A stretch of 64,000 nt of DNA from Paludibacteraceae bacterium (GTDB taxonomy: Bacteria > Bacteroidota > Bacteroidia > Bacteroidales > Paludibacteraceae): positions 5,633-69,632 of the forward strand of contig JAZLHD010000179.1 of assembly GCA_045616645.1 (NCBI GenBank), in the 5' to 3' direction. The position numbers and the translations under genes were made by a program. The notes beneath the pieces are model-generated. The model searched no databases, had not been told where the DNA came from, and saw nothing but the letters and a program-made list of their open reading frames with translations. Positions 55,705 to 64,000 of the stretch are shown in pieces; positions within the stretch are counted from its first letter, which is position 1; every line of letters starts with the position of its first letter.

Positions 55705-55803
55705 GTGCTGTAATCCCTCGCCATCTGTGAGAGATAAAAATACTCAAAAAACCTTAAAAATAGTTGCAAAATAAAAAAAATGACATTTTTTTCATGTAAA
55801 TTA

Positions 55804-55834
55804 TTGCATATATCGTAAAAAAGTATTACCTTTG
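55804..55834 (+). promoter_or_regulatory. sigma-A type promoter for the nucleotidyltransferase gene (-33 TTG 55804-55806, -7 TACCTTTG 55827-55834)
   Basis: 20-nt spacing and the ttgcatatat context. Confidence 0.6.
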
Positions 55835-55894
55835 TGCGAATTTTTATTACCACGCACTCTTGCGCGAGTGGGGTGAATAGTATAAAAAAATAAC

Positions 55895-56206
55895 ATGAAA
55901 AGGTCACACATTGTAAATATGATTTCGGCAGTTGCTCGTCAAGAGATGCCTAATGCTGAAGTATATCTGTTTGGAAGCGAGGCTCGTGGCGATGCTCGTT
56001 TAGATAGCGATATAGACCTTTTAGTTCTTTTGAAAAAAGATCATGTTTCGTTTTCGGATAAGGAACGCATTATAGCACCCTTGTATGATATTGAGTTGCA
56101 AACATCAACTATTATCAATCCGCAAATCTATTCTTTGTCCGATTGGAAAAATCGCCCTATGGACTATTTTAAGTTAAATGTTATAAATGAAGGAATTCGG
56201 TTATGA
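55895..56206 (+). CDS. nucleotidyltransferase-domain protein (MNT-type, antitoxin-like)
   Basis: GSEARGDARLDSDIDLLVL is the G[SG]x9-13DxD Pol-beta-type NTase signature. 103 aa. Confidence 0.8.
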   Translation: MKRSHIVNMISAVARQEMPNAEVYLFGSEARGDARLDSDIDLLVLLKKDHVSFSDKERIIAPLYDIELQTSTIINPQIYSLSDWKNRPMDYFKLNVINEGIRL

Positions 56207-56305
56207 GCGAGATTTTAGATTTTCTTCATTCATTACGAGAAGGAAGAATTACAACAGCTCCTTCCTAAAGCAAAAGAATATATTTCGATACTTAATCAAT
56301 TATAA
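56203..56305 (+). pseudogene. remnant of the HEPN-type partner gene (internally deleted/frameshifted)
   Basis: An ATGA-overlapped ATG gives only MSEILDFLHSLREGRITTAPS*. The +1 frame continues KEELQQLLPKAKEYISILNQL*, which looks like a HEPN C-terminus. A full partner would be about 110-130 aa. Confidence 0.45.
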
Positions 56306-56409
56306 TTAACCCAAAATATTAACCAATAAAAATTTACTTTTCGCTTGCGCGAGTGGGGGTGAGAGTAAAAATATTATGGTCACGAAATAACTAATATCTT
56401 TAATTTATT

Positions 56410-56574
56410 ATGGTCGGAATGGTGACAAGTCACGAGCCTATTCGTGGTATTATGGCTAAGCAAATCAAAGAGTATTTGCAAAAAGTGGAAATTGCTGAAA
56501 AATGTGGTGGCGTAGGGTCTATTCGGTCTCCTCGTAAAACCAATGTTAGATTAGTGGAGATTGCTAATGGATAA
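56410..56574 (+). CDS. small hypothetical ORF (54 aa), possibly a gene fragment
   Basis: Manual translation gives MVGMVTSHEPIRGIMAKQIKEYLQKVEIAEKCGGVGSIRSPRKTNVRLVEIANG. No recognisable motif. Confidence 0.25.
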   Translation: MVGMVTSHEPIRGIMAKQIKEYLQKVEIAEKCGGVGSIRSPRKTNVRLVEIANG

Positions 56575-56786
56575 CTACAAATTGAAATCTGTATAAAACG
56601 AATATATAACTAATATTTATGACGCGATTTACCTCCATAGTTCTTGCGAAGACAGCCCTCTTTAACGGGGGGGGGTATTATTCGTATGTAAATATTATAA
56701 CCCATAGATAATTACAATGCCTATCCGGTTTTGTCCGGGTGGGCATTGCTGTTGTATGAGCTAAGGAAGGTATAAGCTCGAAGATA

Positions 56787-57068
56787 ATGGCAAAGAAACA
56801 AGACATAGTAGCAGTTGAGATTCCGGTAGTCACACCAGAACAAGTTCAACAGATGATTCGAGAAATTCGTGGGGAAAAGGTTATATTAGACCGAGACCTT
56901 GCGAAATTATATGGTGTAGAAACAAAAGACCTAAATCAAACAGTTAAGCGAAATAAGGAAAGATTCCCTTCCGACTTTATGTTTCAGCTTAATAATCAAG
57001 AGTTTATAAATTGGAAATCACAATTTGTGACCTCCAATGGAATAGAATATTCAAGTATGAGGCGATAA
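56787..57068 (+). pseudogene. truncated ORF6N/KilA-N-like DNA-binding domain gene
   Basis: IRGEKVILDRDLAKLYGVETKDLNQTVKRNKERFPSDFMFQL is the ORF6N signature. As I recall, full-length family members continue about 80-100 aa further. Here the ORF stops soon after WKSQFVTSN. Confidence 0.7.
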
Positions 57069-57178
57069 AAGACGATTATAAAACCAATAATTAACTCAAA
57101 ATACCAACTAATAAAAATTTACTTTTCGCTTGCGTATGAATAATAAATTATTGCAGAGAAATTACACAGATAGTGTAG

Positions 57179-57210
57179 GGCAGAAAGGCGGATAGGCAGA
57201 TGGGCGGAGT
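57179..57210. repeat. intergenic octamer cassette GGCNGANN x4
   Basis: ggcagaaa ggcggata ggcagatg ggcggagt. Confidence 0.85.
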
Positions 57211-57498
57211 GATTTTTAGTAAAGAAGCAAAAGCATCTGTGGAATGAATTTATTAGGCAACGCGGTACGCGGTGCGAGGAGGTGAGCAAAGCGAACCTAT
57301 AGTTACTTTTTAGTTTTTGTTAGGTTATGGGAGCTCGCTCACGATAACATAACGAAAATAAAAAGGAGATAATAAATGATAATCAGTGTAATCAGTGTAA
57401 TCTGTGAGAGATAAAAAGAATCAATGAAAATGAGCGAAGCAGTAATAGTATCGCACCAATAATTAACTCAAATATTAACTCTCAAAAATTTAATTACT

Positions 57499-60400
57499 AT
57501 GAAAAACGAAGTTAATCGTGCCCCTTGGGCTAAGAAAAAAACATTTCTATTTATTTTAGCCCTGTGCGCAGCGAGTGTGGCGTGGGGTGCAACTACGGTC
57601 ACCAAGACTGCTAAACAGATTGCGGATGCGAATGGATGGACTAAGGTCAGCACTGCGTATACATCTGCAAAATTGGATGACAACATCACAATAACTGTTA
57701 CGCCAGGAACAGAGGATAAAAAAAATGGTGTATATTATACGGGTGACTATACCGATACATACGATTGGCGTATGTATCAAGCACGTGCTAATGGGCAATT
57801 TACAATCTCGGCTGCTGATGGGTATCTAATTACATCCGTTAAATTGACCTATGAAATTACCAATTCGGGTGTGGTCAGCATTTCCAAAAAACAAAACAGT
57901 GTAGCAACGCCGGAAACGGATAGAATTATTTCTGGTACATCTTGTCCTTTTGCGGCCCAAGATCTTACTTTCTATGTGGGCAATACTACTGCTACCACGA
58001 CAAATGGTCAAGCACGTATTCGCAGTTTCTCGGTTACTTATGAAAAAGGAATATATGATGATTTTAGAGACCCTGCTACAGGAAAGCAGTTTTCATACTC
58101 TTCGGCGACTGAAAAATCGGTTATCACTCAATGTTTTGCATGGACTGTCCATCAATGCCGCTTTAATGTGAGCAATGATATGGACAAATTAGCGGATGGC
58201 ACTCTTAGTCATACTATGTGGAAGAGTAGTGGCAGTTATCTGAAAACCGAAGCAGTTGAAGGCGGTGTAAAATTTGTTTCTTTCCCGTGGAATCAAGCAA
58301 ATGCAGACGAAAGTAGTAAGGGTACTGAAACAGTGAAAGTTACCGTAGATACAAAGACTCAGTCTCAAAGCCGTGATGGGAAAAAAGGAGAAAACCGTGG
58401 AGCCGATTCGATTTTTGCGTATGCTTGCAATGTTGCTAAAAACGCCGATGTTAAGATTGAGATTACAGCTGGAAACCGTATCACAGTTGGTCCTATCACC
58501 TTCGTCCCGTATCTGCGCTATACCCAAAAATCGGATGAGTTAATCATTTTAGCAAGCGAAGCCGAAGCAACCTACAAGAACGAAGCCTTCATTAACAATA
58601 CCGGCGCAACACCTACTTTCTCGATCATTTCTTCTGAACCGGCTTCCATCGCTACAATCGCTGAGGATGGTACGGTAACGGCTACCGCCTCCGGCACAAT
58701 CACTGTTCAAGCCAAATGGGAAAATGTGACCACTACGTACACACTCAATATAACGAAGAATAGTCTCCCTGTTCCGCAAGTTAGTTTTGAGTATGACCCA
58801 GTAGAAAAAACGATGAATGATGTTCCGTTTGTCAATGCTATTACCGCTCCGACAGAAGGTTTGGGCGCAATTACATATAGCAGTACAGATCCTACAGTAG
58901 CTGAAGTAGCAACAGATGGTACGGTTACAATTATTGGTGCAGGTGAAACGAAAATCCAACTTGCCATTGCGGCTAGTGAGACATGGGCTGCTACGGATGC
59001 CGAATATACTTTAACCATCACTGATCCTCAGGAAGAGGCTATTATAGAGACCTTCCCGAGAAGTTCCTCCGGTAGTAATACTGAAAATAAGATAGGTAAA
59101 TATTACGAATGGACAGTAACAGGGGGCGCACGTACGAGAACTACCGATACGTTGTATATTAAGGGTGATAATGAAGAAAAATATAGCATTTGGTTGTCTG
59201 GTAATGACGCGGCTTCTATCTCAACTACGATTGAAGGTGGTGTTAAACGTGTAGGCTTCCTTTGGAATAAGTTTAACAAAGATGCTTCTTCTGTTACTAT
59301 CAGCGTAAAGGCGGGAGATGTAGAGCGCAAACTTACGAAGGAGGTTCAAACGGGTGTTAACCAAAATAATCCCGATTTAGAGTTCAATAGTAACTTCGGG
59401 GTTAAGAGTAGTAACACAACATTAACGATTTCTAAAGAAAAACTTGATGCATCAACCGCTTTGCAAGTAGGTCCGATTAAGATCACTCCGTATCTGCTTT
59501 ATACCAAGAAGACGCTTACTGTTAAATTAGCTGATGTTAAGTCTGTGGGTATCACTAACGAAAAATTGATTGACAATACCGAGGAGGAGGGTACTATTGT
59601 ATATTCCGTTCCGGAAGACAATGGTGTTGCTACTATTGAATCTGCTACAGGAAAATTGACTATTTCTGCTGCTGGCGAGGTAATTGTTACTGCTGCTTGG
59701 GATCCTGAAGGTGGAGATAACTATACGGTCACTACTACCTATAAGTTAATAGTTAACGACCGTAGCCATCGTGAGGCTAAGTTCGCATCTCCACAAGTGA
59801 CTATGAAACAAGGCGAGGATTTGCCTGGCAACGAGTTGACGTATGCTAAAGCTTCCGGTGAATCCATTACAATCAATTATGCTTCTTCTGATAATACGGT
59901 GGCTGAGATAATTAATAATGCGGTAGTAGTTACGGGAGTCGGCATGACAACGATTACTGCCACGATTGAGCAAACGGATGATTTCTATGAGGATAAGGCC
60001 TCCTATCTACTGATAGTTTATCCTAAGGAAGATGCTAAACATGTTTTAGTAGAGGATTATAAAACAGCGACAGGAGGTTTAGCCTCTACCGGAACTCAAT
60101 ATCAAGGGAATTTTGCCACATGGACTTATCGTAATTCTCGTAGTAAAGATACAGATATATTGAAAGAAGGTACGAAGGGATTTATGTTTAGTCATACCAA
60201 TGGAGAGAATAAAGCAAGTTCGTATTTTGAGGCGACTTTAGATGGGGGCATAAAGGCGGTATATTTTGATTGGAAACAATTCACGAAAGATGATAATGGT
60301 CAAAATCTCATTTTCCAAATCAAGATTAATAATTCCGTCAAGAAGTCAATCGAGGATGTCGCCAAAGACGAATTGGTAGATAATATCCAATCTTTCTGTT

Positions 60401-62778
60401 ATGCTCCGGAAGTGAAGTCTAATGATGTCAAATTGACATTCGCTAATAATGCGAAAGCTGCCGATGGGAAAACAGATGTGCAAGGTCGTATTATGATGGG
60501 ACCGCTCACGATTGTGCCCTACCTCTTCTACAAGACCAAATACCATAAGATTGATGTTGTTGGTGGAGACGAGCCTACTTGGACTAATCCGGATTTGATT
60601 AACAATACCGAGGATGGTAATATTGAATATACCATTGAAGATGTAGAGGGTGAAGGTGTCGCAGATATTGATGCTACCAATGGTCAAGTTACTGCTAAAT
60701 CCAATGGTAAGGCAAAAGTGACCGCTACTTGGACCCCTACCGGTGCATTGGAAGGAGAAGTAGTGACGACTACCTACGAAGTAGAAGTCTTCTATTCTAA
60801 ACTGGATGCTGAGTTAGCCTTTGATCCTGAAGAAATCACCGTAGGTGAGGATGCAATTGCAGTCTCTCCTCCTACTTTGAGCAATCCTCACGAGTTAACA
60901 ATTAAGTACTCCAGTTCTGATGAGGAAATAGCAACTGTAGATGAAGCCAAAGGTTTTGTTACATTAAAACAAGTTGCCGGTGATGTTATTATATCTGCAA
61001 CGAGCGAAGAAACAGATACCTATAAAGAGGGTAGTGCTTCTTACACGATTCATGTACTTCCTCTTCCTGATGTCTCTTTCCCGAATTTGACGGGCAATAA
61101 AAAGACCGTAGATATGGATCAAGTTCCGTTCACAGAGACAATATTGATCAAAGTAAACGAAGAGGATGTTACTTCTTCCGCTGAAATCACCTACACGAGC
61201 GATAATGAGGAAGTGGCTGTTATCAAAGATGGTGAAGTGAATATTATCGGCGAAGGAACGACTACTATTACTGCTAAAATTGCTCAAACAGAAATCTATG
61301 CCGGCAGGGATGTTTACTATACGCTCACTGTCAAGGATAATACCCCTGCCGAGAAACAGTGGACAGAGACCTTCTCTTCGATAGGTAATGTTAATGATTA
61401 TATTACAAGCAGAAAAGCTGATATTGTAGGAGATAGTAGCATCTATTCGTGGGCAATGAGGAATTATCGCCGCAGACAAACGCAGGCGGATTCTTTAGCC
61501 ACAGAACGAGCCATAAGGTTGAGCAATGCTAAAAACAATTATATCGAAACTCTCAATAATCAAGAGGGCGGTATCAAACGTATCTCGTTTAATTGGCGTA
61601 CTCCCGGTAACGAAGCAGGACAATTGCCAATCAACTTAAATGTGAGTGTTTGCTACAACAATAATTACCAAGACACTGTCAAACGTCCTATGACTCGTGC
61701 TAAGAGTAAAGATAATATGACGGACAACTCATATTGCAGTAATTTCTTCGTAAAGCAGAATGCTAAACTGAAGATTGATATTGCTGATGAAACTTATTCA
61801 GTGATGCTTATCGGTCCTATCACGATTGTTCCTTACCTGCTCTACACGGAGAAGGAAGTTTCCGTGAAAATGTTGAATCGAGATACCTATATCAATGAAT
61901 CTCTCATCAACAACACCGATGGCGGAACGATTGTGTATTCGTTAGAGGACAATGACGGTGTAGCAGAAATTGATCCCGAGTCAGGTGTTGTAAACTTACT
62001 CAAGGGTGGCGAAGTAACGGTTAAGGCATCATGGACACCTGAAGGCGAATCGGCTGCAACCGTTACGACTTCTTACAAACTGAAGATTAAAGGTTACATC
62101 TATCTGGATGAAAATCCGGATGAACCAATAGACCTAACTCCACATGCCGGTCAGACGATTGATGTAACGCTTGTTCGTAGTGATTTAGTTGCTAATATGT
62201 GGAACTCGCTCTGCTTGCCGTTCGCTATTGACAAAGCAGATTTAGGTGATGCTACAGTAGCTCAGATTGGCAAAACCGAATTGGTGGAAGATGTTCTCAA
62301 TATCTGGATTGCTGAGATTGCGGATACTGAGTTGGCAGCAGGCGTGCCTTACTTGGTATTTCCGACAGAGGGCGTTAATCTCTCTGGTGATTATGAAGAT
62401 GTGGTAGTGACTTCTGTGGCAGGGGCTCAAGGTGTGGGTATGGTTACCCTCCAAGGTATCTTCTCGCCGTTTGCAATGAATGCCGGTGATGAAAGTAAGT
62501 TGTTCTTGGCCGCTCCGGATGAAGAGGGACACAACCTCTTCTATGCTAGTAAAGATGGTAAACTCAAGGGTATGCGCGCTTACTTTAGTATTCAGAATAC
62601 ACCGAGTGGAGCACCTGTTCGCGTAGGTCGCATCGGTATCCAACAAACACCTACGGAATTGGGCGGAGAGGCTGATAGGCTGAATGGTAGACAGGCAATG
62701 AAAGTGCTGCGCGACGGTCAGTTCTATATCATTCGTGAAACTAAGACTTATAATGCACAAGGTATTGAAATCCAATAA
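57499..62778 (+). CDS. giant modular cell-surface protein (1759 aa). Layout: X domain, then 4 x (Y domain + Big_2-like Ig domains), a C-terminal globular domain and a conserved 25-aa tail.
   Basis: Signal peptide. Four Y modules each carry GG(V/I)K.(V/I).F.W and end in (V/I/M)GP(I/L).(I/F).PYL.Y, at about aa 185-342, 511-669, 845-1011 and 1285-1450. The Ig-like segments have the ...G.(V/I)T(V/A)....W......TTTY.L pattern. Confidence 0.85.
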   Translation: MKNEVNRAPWAKKKTFLFILALCAASVAWGATTVTKTAKQIADANGWTKVSTAYTSAKLDDNITITVTPGTEDKKNGVYYTGDYTDTYDWRMYQARANGQFTISAADGYLITSVKLTYEITNSGVVSISKKQNSVATPETDRIISGTSCPFAAQDLTFYVGNTTATTTNGQARIRSFSVTYEKGIYDDFRDPATGKQFSYSSATEKSVITQCFAWTVHQCRFNVSNDMDKLADGTLSHTMWKSSGSYLKTEAVEGGVKFVSFPWNQANADESSKGTETVKVTVDTKTQSQSRDGKKGENRGADSIFAYACNVAKNADVKIEITAGNRITVGPITFVPYLRYTQKSDELIILASEAEATYKNEAFINNTGATPTFSIISSEPASIATIAEDGTVTATASGTITVQAKWENVTTTYTLNITKNSLPVPQVSFEYDPVEKTMNDVPFVNAITAPTEGLGAITYSSTDPTVAEVATDGTVTIIGAGETKIQLAIAASETWAATDAEYTLTITDPQEEAIIETFPRSSSGSNTENKIGKYYEWTVTGGARTRTTDTLYIKGDNEEKYSIWLSGNDAASISTTIEGGVKRVGFLWNKFNKDASSVTISVKAGDVERKLTKEVQTGVNQNNPDLEFNSNFGVKSSNTTLTISKEKLDASTALQVGPIKITPYLLYTKKTLTVKLADVKSVGITNEKLIDNTEEEGTIVYSVPEDNGVATIESATGKLTISAAGEVIVTAAWDPEGGDNYTVTTTYKLIVNDRSHREAKFASPQVTMKQGEDLPGNELTYAKASGESITINYASSDNTVAEIINNAVVVTGVGMTTITATIEQTDDFYEDKASYLLIVYPKEDAKHVLVEDYKTATGGLASTGTQYQGNFATWTYRNSRSKDTDILKEGTKGFMFSHTNGENKASSYFEATLDGGIKAVYFDWKQFTKDDNGQNLIFQIKINNSVKKSIEDVAKDELVDNIQSFCYAPEVKSNDVKLTFANNAKAADGKTDVQGRIMMGPLTIVPYLFYKTKYHKIDVVGGDEPTWTNPDLINNTEDGNIEYTIEDVEGEGVADIDATNGQVTAKSNGKAKVTATWTPTGALEGEVVTTTYEVEVFYSKLDAELAFDPEEITVGEDAIAVSPPTLSNPHELTIKYSSSDEEIATVDEAKGFVTLKQVAGDVIISATSEETDTYKEGSASYTIHVLPLPDVSFPNLTGNKKTVDMDQVPFTETILIKVNEEDVTSSAEITYTSDNEEVAVIKDGEVNIIGEGTTTITAKIAQTEIYAGRDVYYTLTVKDNTPAEKQWTETFSSIGNVNDYITSRKADIVGDSSIYSWAMRNYRRRQTQADSLATERAIRLSNAKNNYIETLNNQEGGIKRISFNWRTPGNEAGQLPINLNVSVCYNNNYQDTVKRPMTRAKSKDNMTDNSYCSNFFVKQNAKLKIDIADETYSVMLIGPITIVPYLLYTEKEVSVKMLNRDTYINESLINNTDGGTIVYSLEDNDGVAEIDPESGVVNLLKGGEVTVKASWTPEGESAATVTTSYKLKIKGYIYLDENPDEPIDLTPHAGQTIDVTLVRSDLVANMWNSLCLPFAIDKADLGDATVAQIGKTELVEDVLNIWIAEIADTELAAGVPYLVFPTEGVNLSGDYEDVVVTSVAGAQGVGMVTLQGIFSPFAMNAGDESKLFLAAPDEEGHNLFYASKDGKLKGMRAYFSIQNTPSGAPVRVGRIGIQQTPTELGGEADRLNGRQAMKVLRDGQFYIIRETKTYNAQGIEIQ
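62662..62685. repeat. octamer cassette GGCGGAGA GGCTGATA GGCTGAAT in the linker before the C-terminal tail of the giant protein
   Basis: It encodes GGEADRLN, and the unit in codon phase 1 is the TGA-free variant. Confidence 0.85.
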
Positions 62779-62796
62779 TGAATAATCATCGCTCCT

Positions 62797-62831
62797 TCTC
62801 CTCCCCTTTTGGGGGAGGTCGGAAGGGGGCT
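62797..62831. repeat. intergenic copy of the CCTCCCC/GGGGAGG palindromic element (terminator-like position)
   Basis: ctcctccccttttgggggaggtcggaagggggct. It is related to 32490-32527 and starts 19 nt after the stop codon. Confidence 0.8.
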
Positions 62832-62847
62832 AATAAACAAAAAACTT

Positions 62848-62982
62848 ATGAAACAGTATGTAAAACCAAGCACTTGCGAAGTGCATGTAATGGCTCAAAA
62901 TCTCATCTGTAATATCTCCTCCATCCTCACACCGGATATAATCGGAGGAGGCGGATCTTCAAATCCGGAGAATGGTTTATAA
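62848..62982 (+). CDS. small hypothetical peptide (44 aa)
   Basis: Manual translation gives MKQYVKPSTCEVHVMAQNLICNISSILTPDIIGGGGSSNPENGL. It has an A-rich upstream region and lies between the two paralogous surface-protein genes. Confidence 0.3.
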   Translation: MKQYVKPSTCEVHVMAQNLICNISSILTPDIIGGGGSSNPENGL

Positions 62983-63168
62983 TTAATTTTATAATCCGCA
63001 ACAGAGTAATTTTACGAACACCCTTCGGTAATCGTACTACCCTTTCCCTAGATACGGTTTTCCCGTTAAGCGGGAACACCATGCGGTCAGCTCTCGTTAA
63101 ACCCTTTGTGAATCACTTAATTGTAAATCACTATTTAAATCACTTATTATAAAAACATTTTAAGTATT

Positions 63169-64000
63169 ATGAAAAAAACATTTCTATTCATTTTAGCCCT
63201 ATGCACTATGAGTGCAGCGTGGGGTGCAACGACGGTCACCAAGACTGCTAAACAGATTGCAACCGCAAACAGTTGGAAAACGAAAAGCAACTATTATTCG
63301 TTCCAATTGGACAATGTCATTACTATTTCTACTCCCCAATTGGCAAGTGGTAACCAAAACGGCTATTATTCCTCAGATAACCCCAATGATTGGCGTATCT
63401 ATCAAGCTCGTGGAAACGGTGACTTCACAATCACAGCCGCGGAAGGGTATGTTATAGATTCGATTTCTTTGGTTTTTATGGATAAAACCCCGAAATATGG
63501 GACGGATGCCGGACTTCTTTATAATGAAAAGGCATATTATTGCACAGATGGGACTGATAATACCAAGTTCGCTAATGTCAAGGTGGGTGGTCAATCTTCT
63601 GTCACCTTCTTGGTGAGAAATTATAATTCCACAAGCAATCAGCAGGCACGTATTAGCCAATTCTCTGTTACTTATTCTGTAGCGGAGACCCCTGATCGTC
63701 CTACTCCGGAAATTTCGTTCGAAAAAGAAGCAATAACGATTACCAATCTCTATACCACGGAGCCGGTTGAAAACAAATTGACCGTAACCGAAGGTGCCGG
63801 TGAAGTAACCTATACTTCCTCCAATCCGTTGGTGGCTAAGATTGTTAGTAATCAAGTTTCGGTAGTGGGCGTAGGTACGGCTACTATTACCGCTACAACT
63901 GCTGAGAATGAAGACTATGCATCCGCTTCGGCATCTTACGCTTTGACCGTGAACGAACCGGAGGGCGAAGCAGCAGTCAGCGAGGACTTCGACGGTAAAC
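63169..64000 (+). CDS. paralogous surface protein, 5' part (open to the window end, so absent from the ORF track)
   Basis: Manual translation has no stop. MKKTFLFILALCTMSAAWGATTVTKTAKQIATANSW... matches aa 13-47 of the 57499 protein. X-domain motifs NDWRIYQARGNGDFTITAAEGYVIDSISL and QQARISQFSVTYS are followed by a Big_2-like segment. Confidence 0.85.
   Translation, partial: MKKTFLFILALCTMSAAWGATTVTKTAKQIATANSWKTKSNYYSFQLDNVITISTPQLASGNQNGYYSSDNPNDWRIYQARGNGDFTITAAEGYVIDSISLVFMDKTPKYGTDAGLLYNEKAYYCTDGTDNTKFANVKVGGQSSVTFLVRNYNSTSNQQARISQFSVTYSVAETPDRPTPEISFEKEAITITNLYTTEPVENKLTVTEGAGEVTYTSSNPLVAKIVSNQVSVVGVGTATITATTAENEDYASASASYALTVNEPEGEAAVSEDFDGK

Noticed and set aside
55662-55907. 81-aa minus-strand ORF upstream of the nucleotidyltransferase gene
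   Set aside because: It runs through a plus-strand promoter and a plus-strand terminator hairpin. It is AT-rich and low-complexity, and probably non-coding.
62698-62775. Calling the shared 25-aa C-terminal tail a canonical T9SS type-A CTD
   Set aside because: It is much shorter than the about 80-aa CTD. It also lacks the pattern seen at the end of the nuclease at 3348..4922 ([21 protein letters not shown]). It is reported as an unassigned motif instead.

Overview
This is a 64-kb chromosomal window from a Bacteroidota genome. Bacteroidales, Prevotella-like, is an inference from TTTG-N20-TAnnTTTG promoters, SusC/SusD, T9SS-type tails and gene content.

Housekeeping content:
- dapA (frameshifted) and ligA, two secreted EEP-family nucleases, ftsB-like, ruvC and a 54-aa 2x[4Fe-4S] ferredoxin.
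- An AAA ATPase, nifJ (PFOR), a lipoprotein-type PLP decarboxylase and a PreA/DPD-like flavoenzyme.
- ribF, a C10 cysteine peptidase, an AddB-like PD-(D/E)XK nuclease and a cation/H+ antiporter.
- The 5' half of the dcw cluster: mraZ-rsmH-ftsL-ftsI-murE-mraY-murD-ftsW-murG.

Accessory content:
- An ECF-sigma/anti-sigma-controlled SusC/SusD locus. It also carries a metallophosphoesterase, an OPA-family sugar-phosphate transporter, a DUF4886-like protein, a NahK-like HexNAc 1-kinase and a GH20 hexosaminidase.
- An AT-rich type II restriction-modification (R-M) cassette: a D12 m6A methyltransferase plus a PD-(D/E)XK candidate nuclease.
- Decayed nucleotidyltransferase (MNT)/HEPN and ORF6N genes.
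- A 1759-aa modular surface protein with a paralog that starts at 63169.

The most unusual signal is not a gene. The window is full of short tandem-repeat cassettes (7-, 8- and 9-nt units) and a 38-nt palindromic element. These sit in frame inside essential genes (ligA, ribF, rsmH, the PreA-like gene, the AddB-like gene) as well as at gene junctions.
- The repeat units show phase-dependent stop-codon avoidance.
- One extra heptamer unit is exactly what breaks dapA.

No rRNA, tRNA, CRISPR array, transposase or integrase was recognised.
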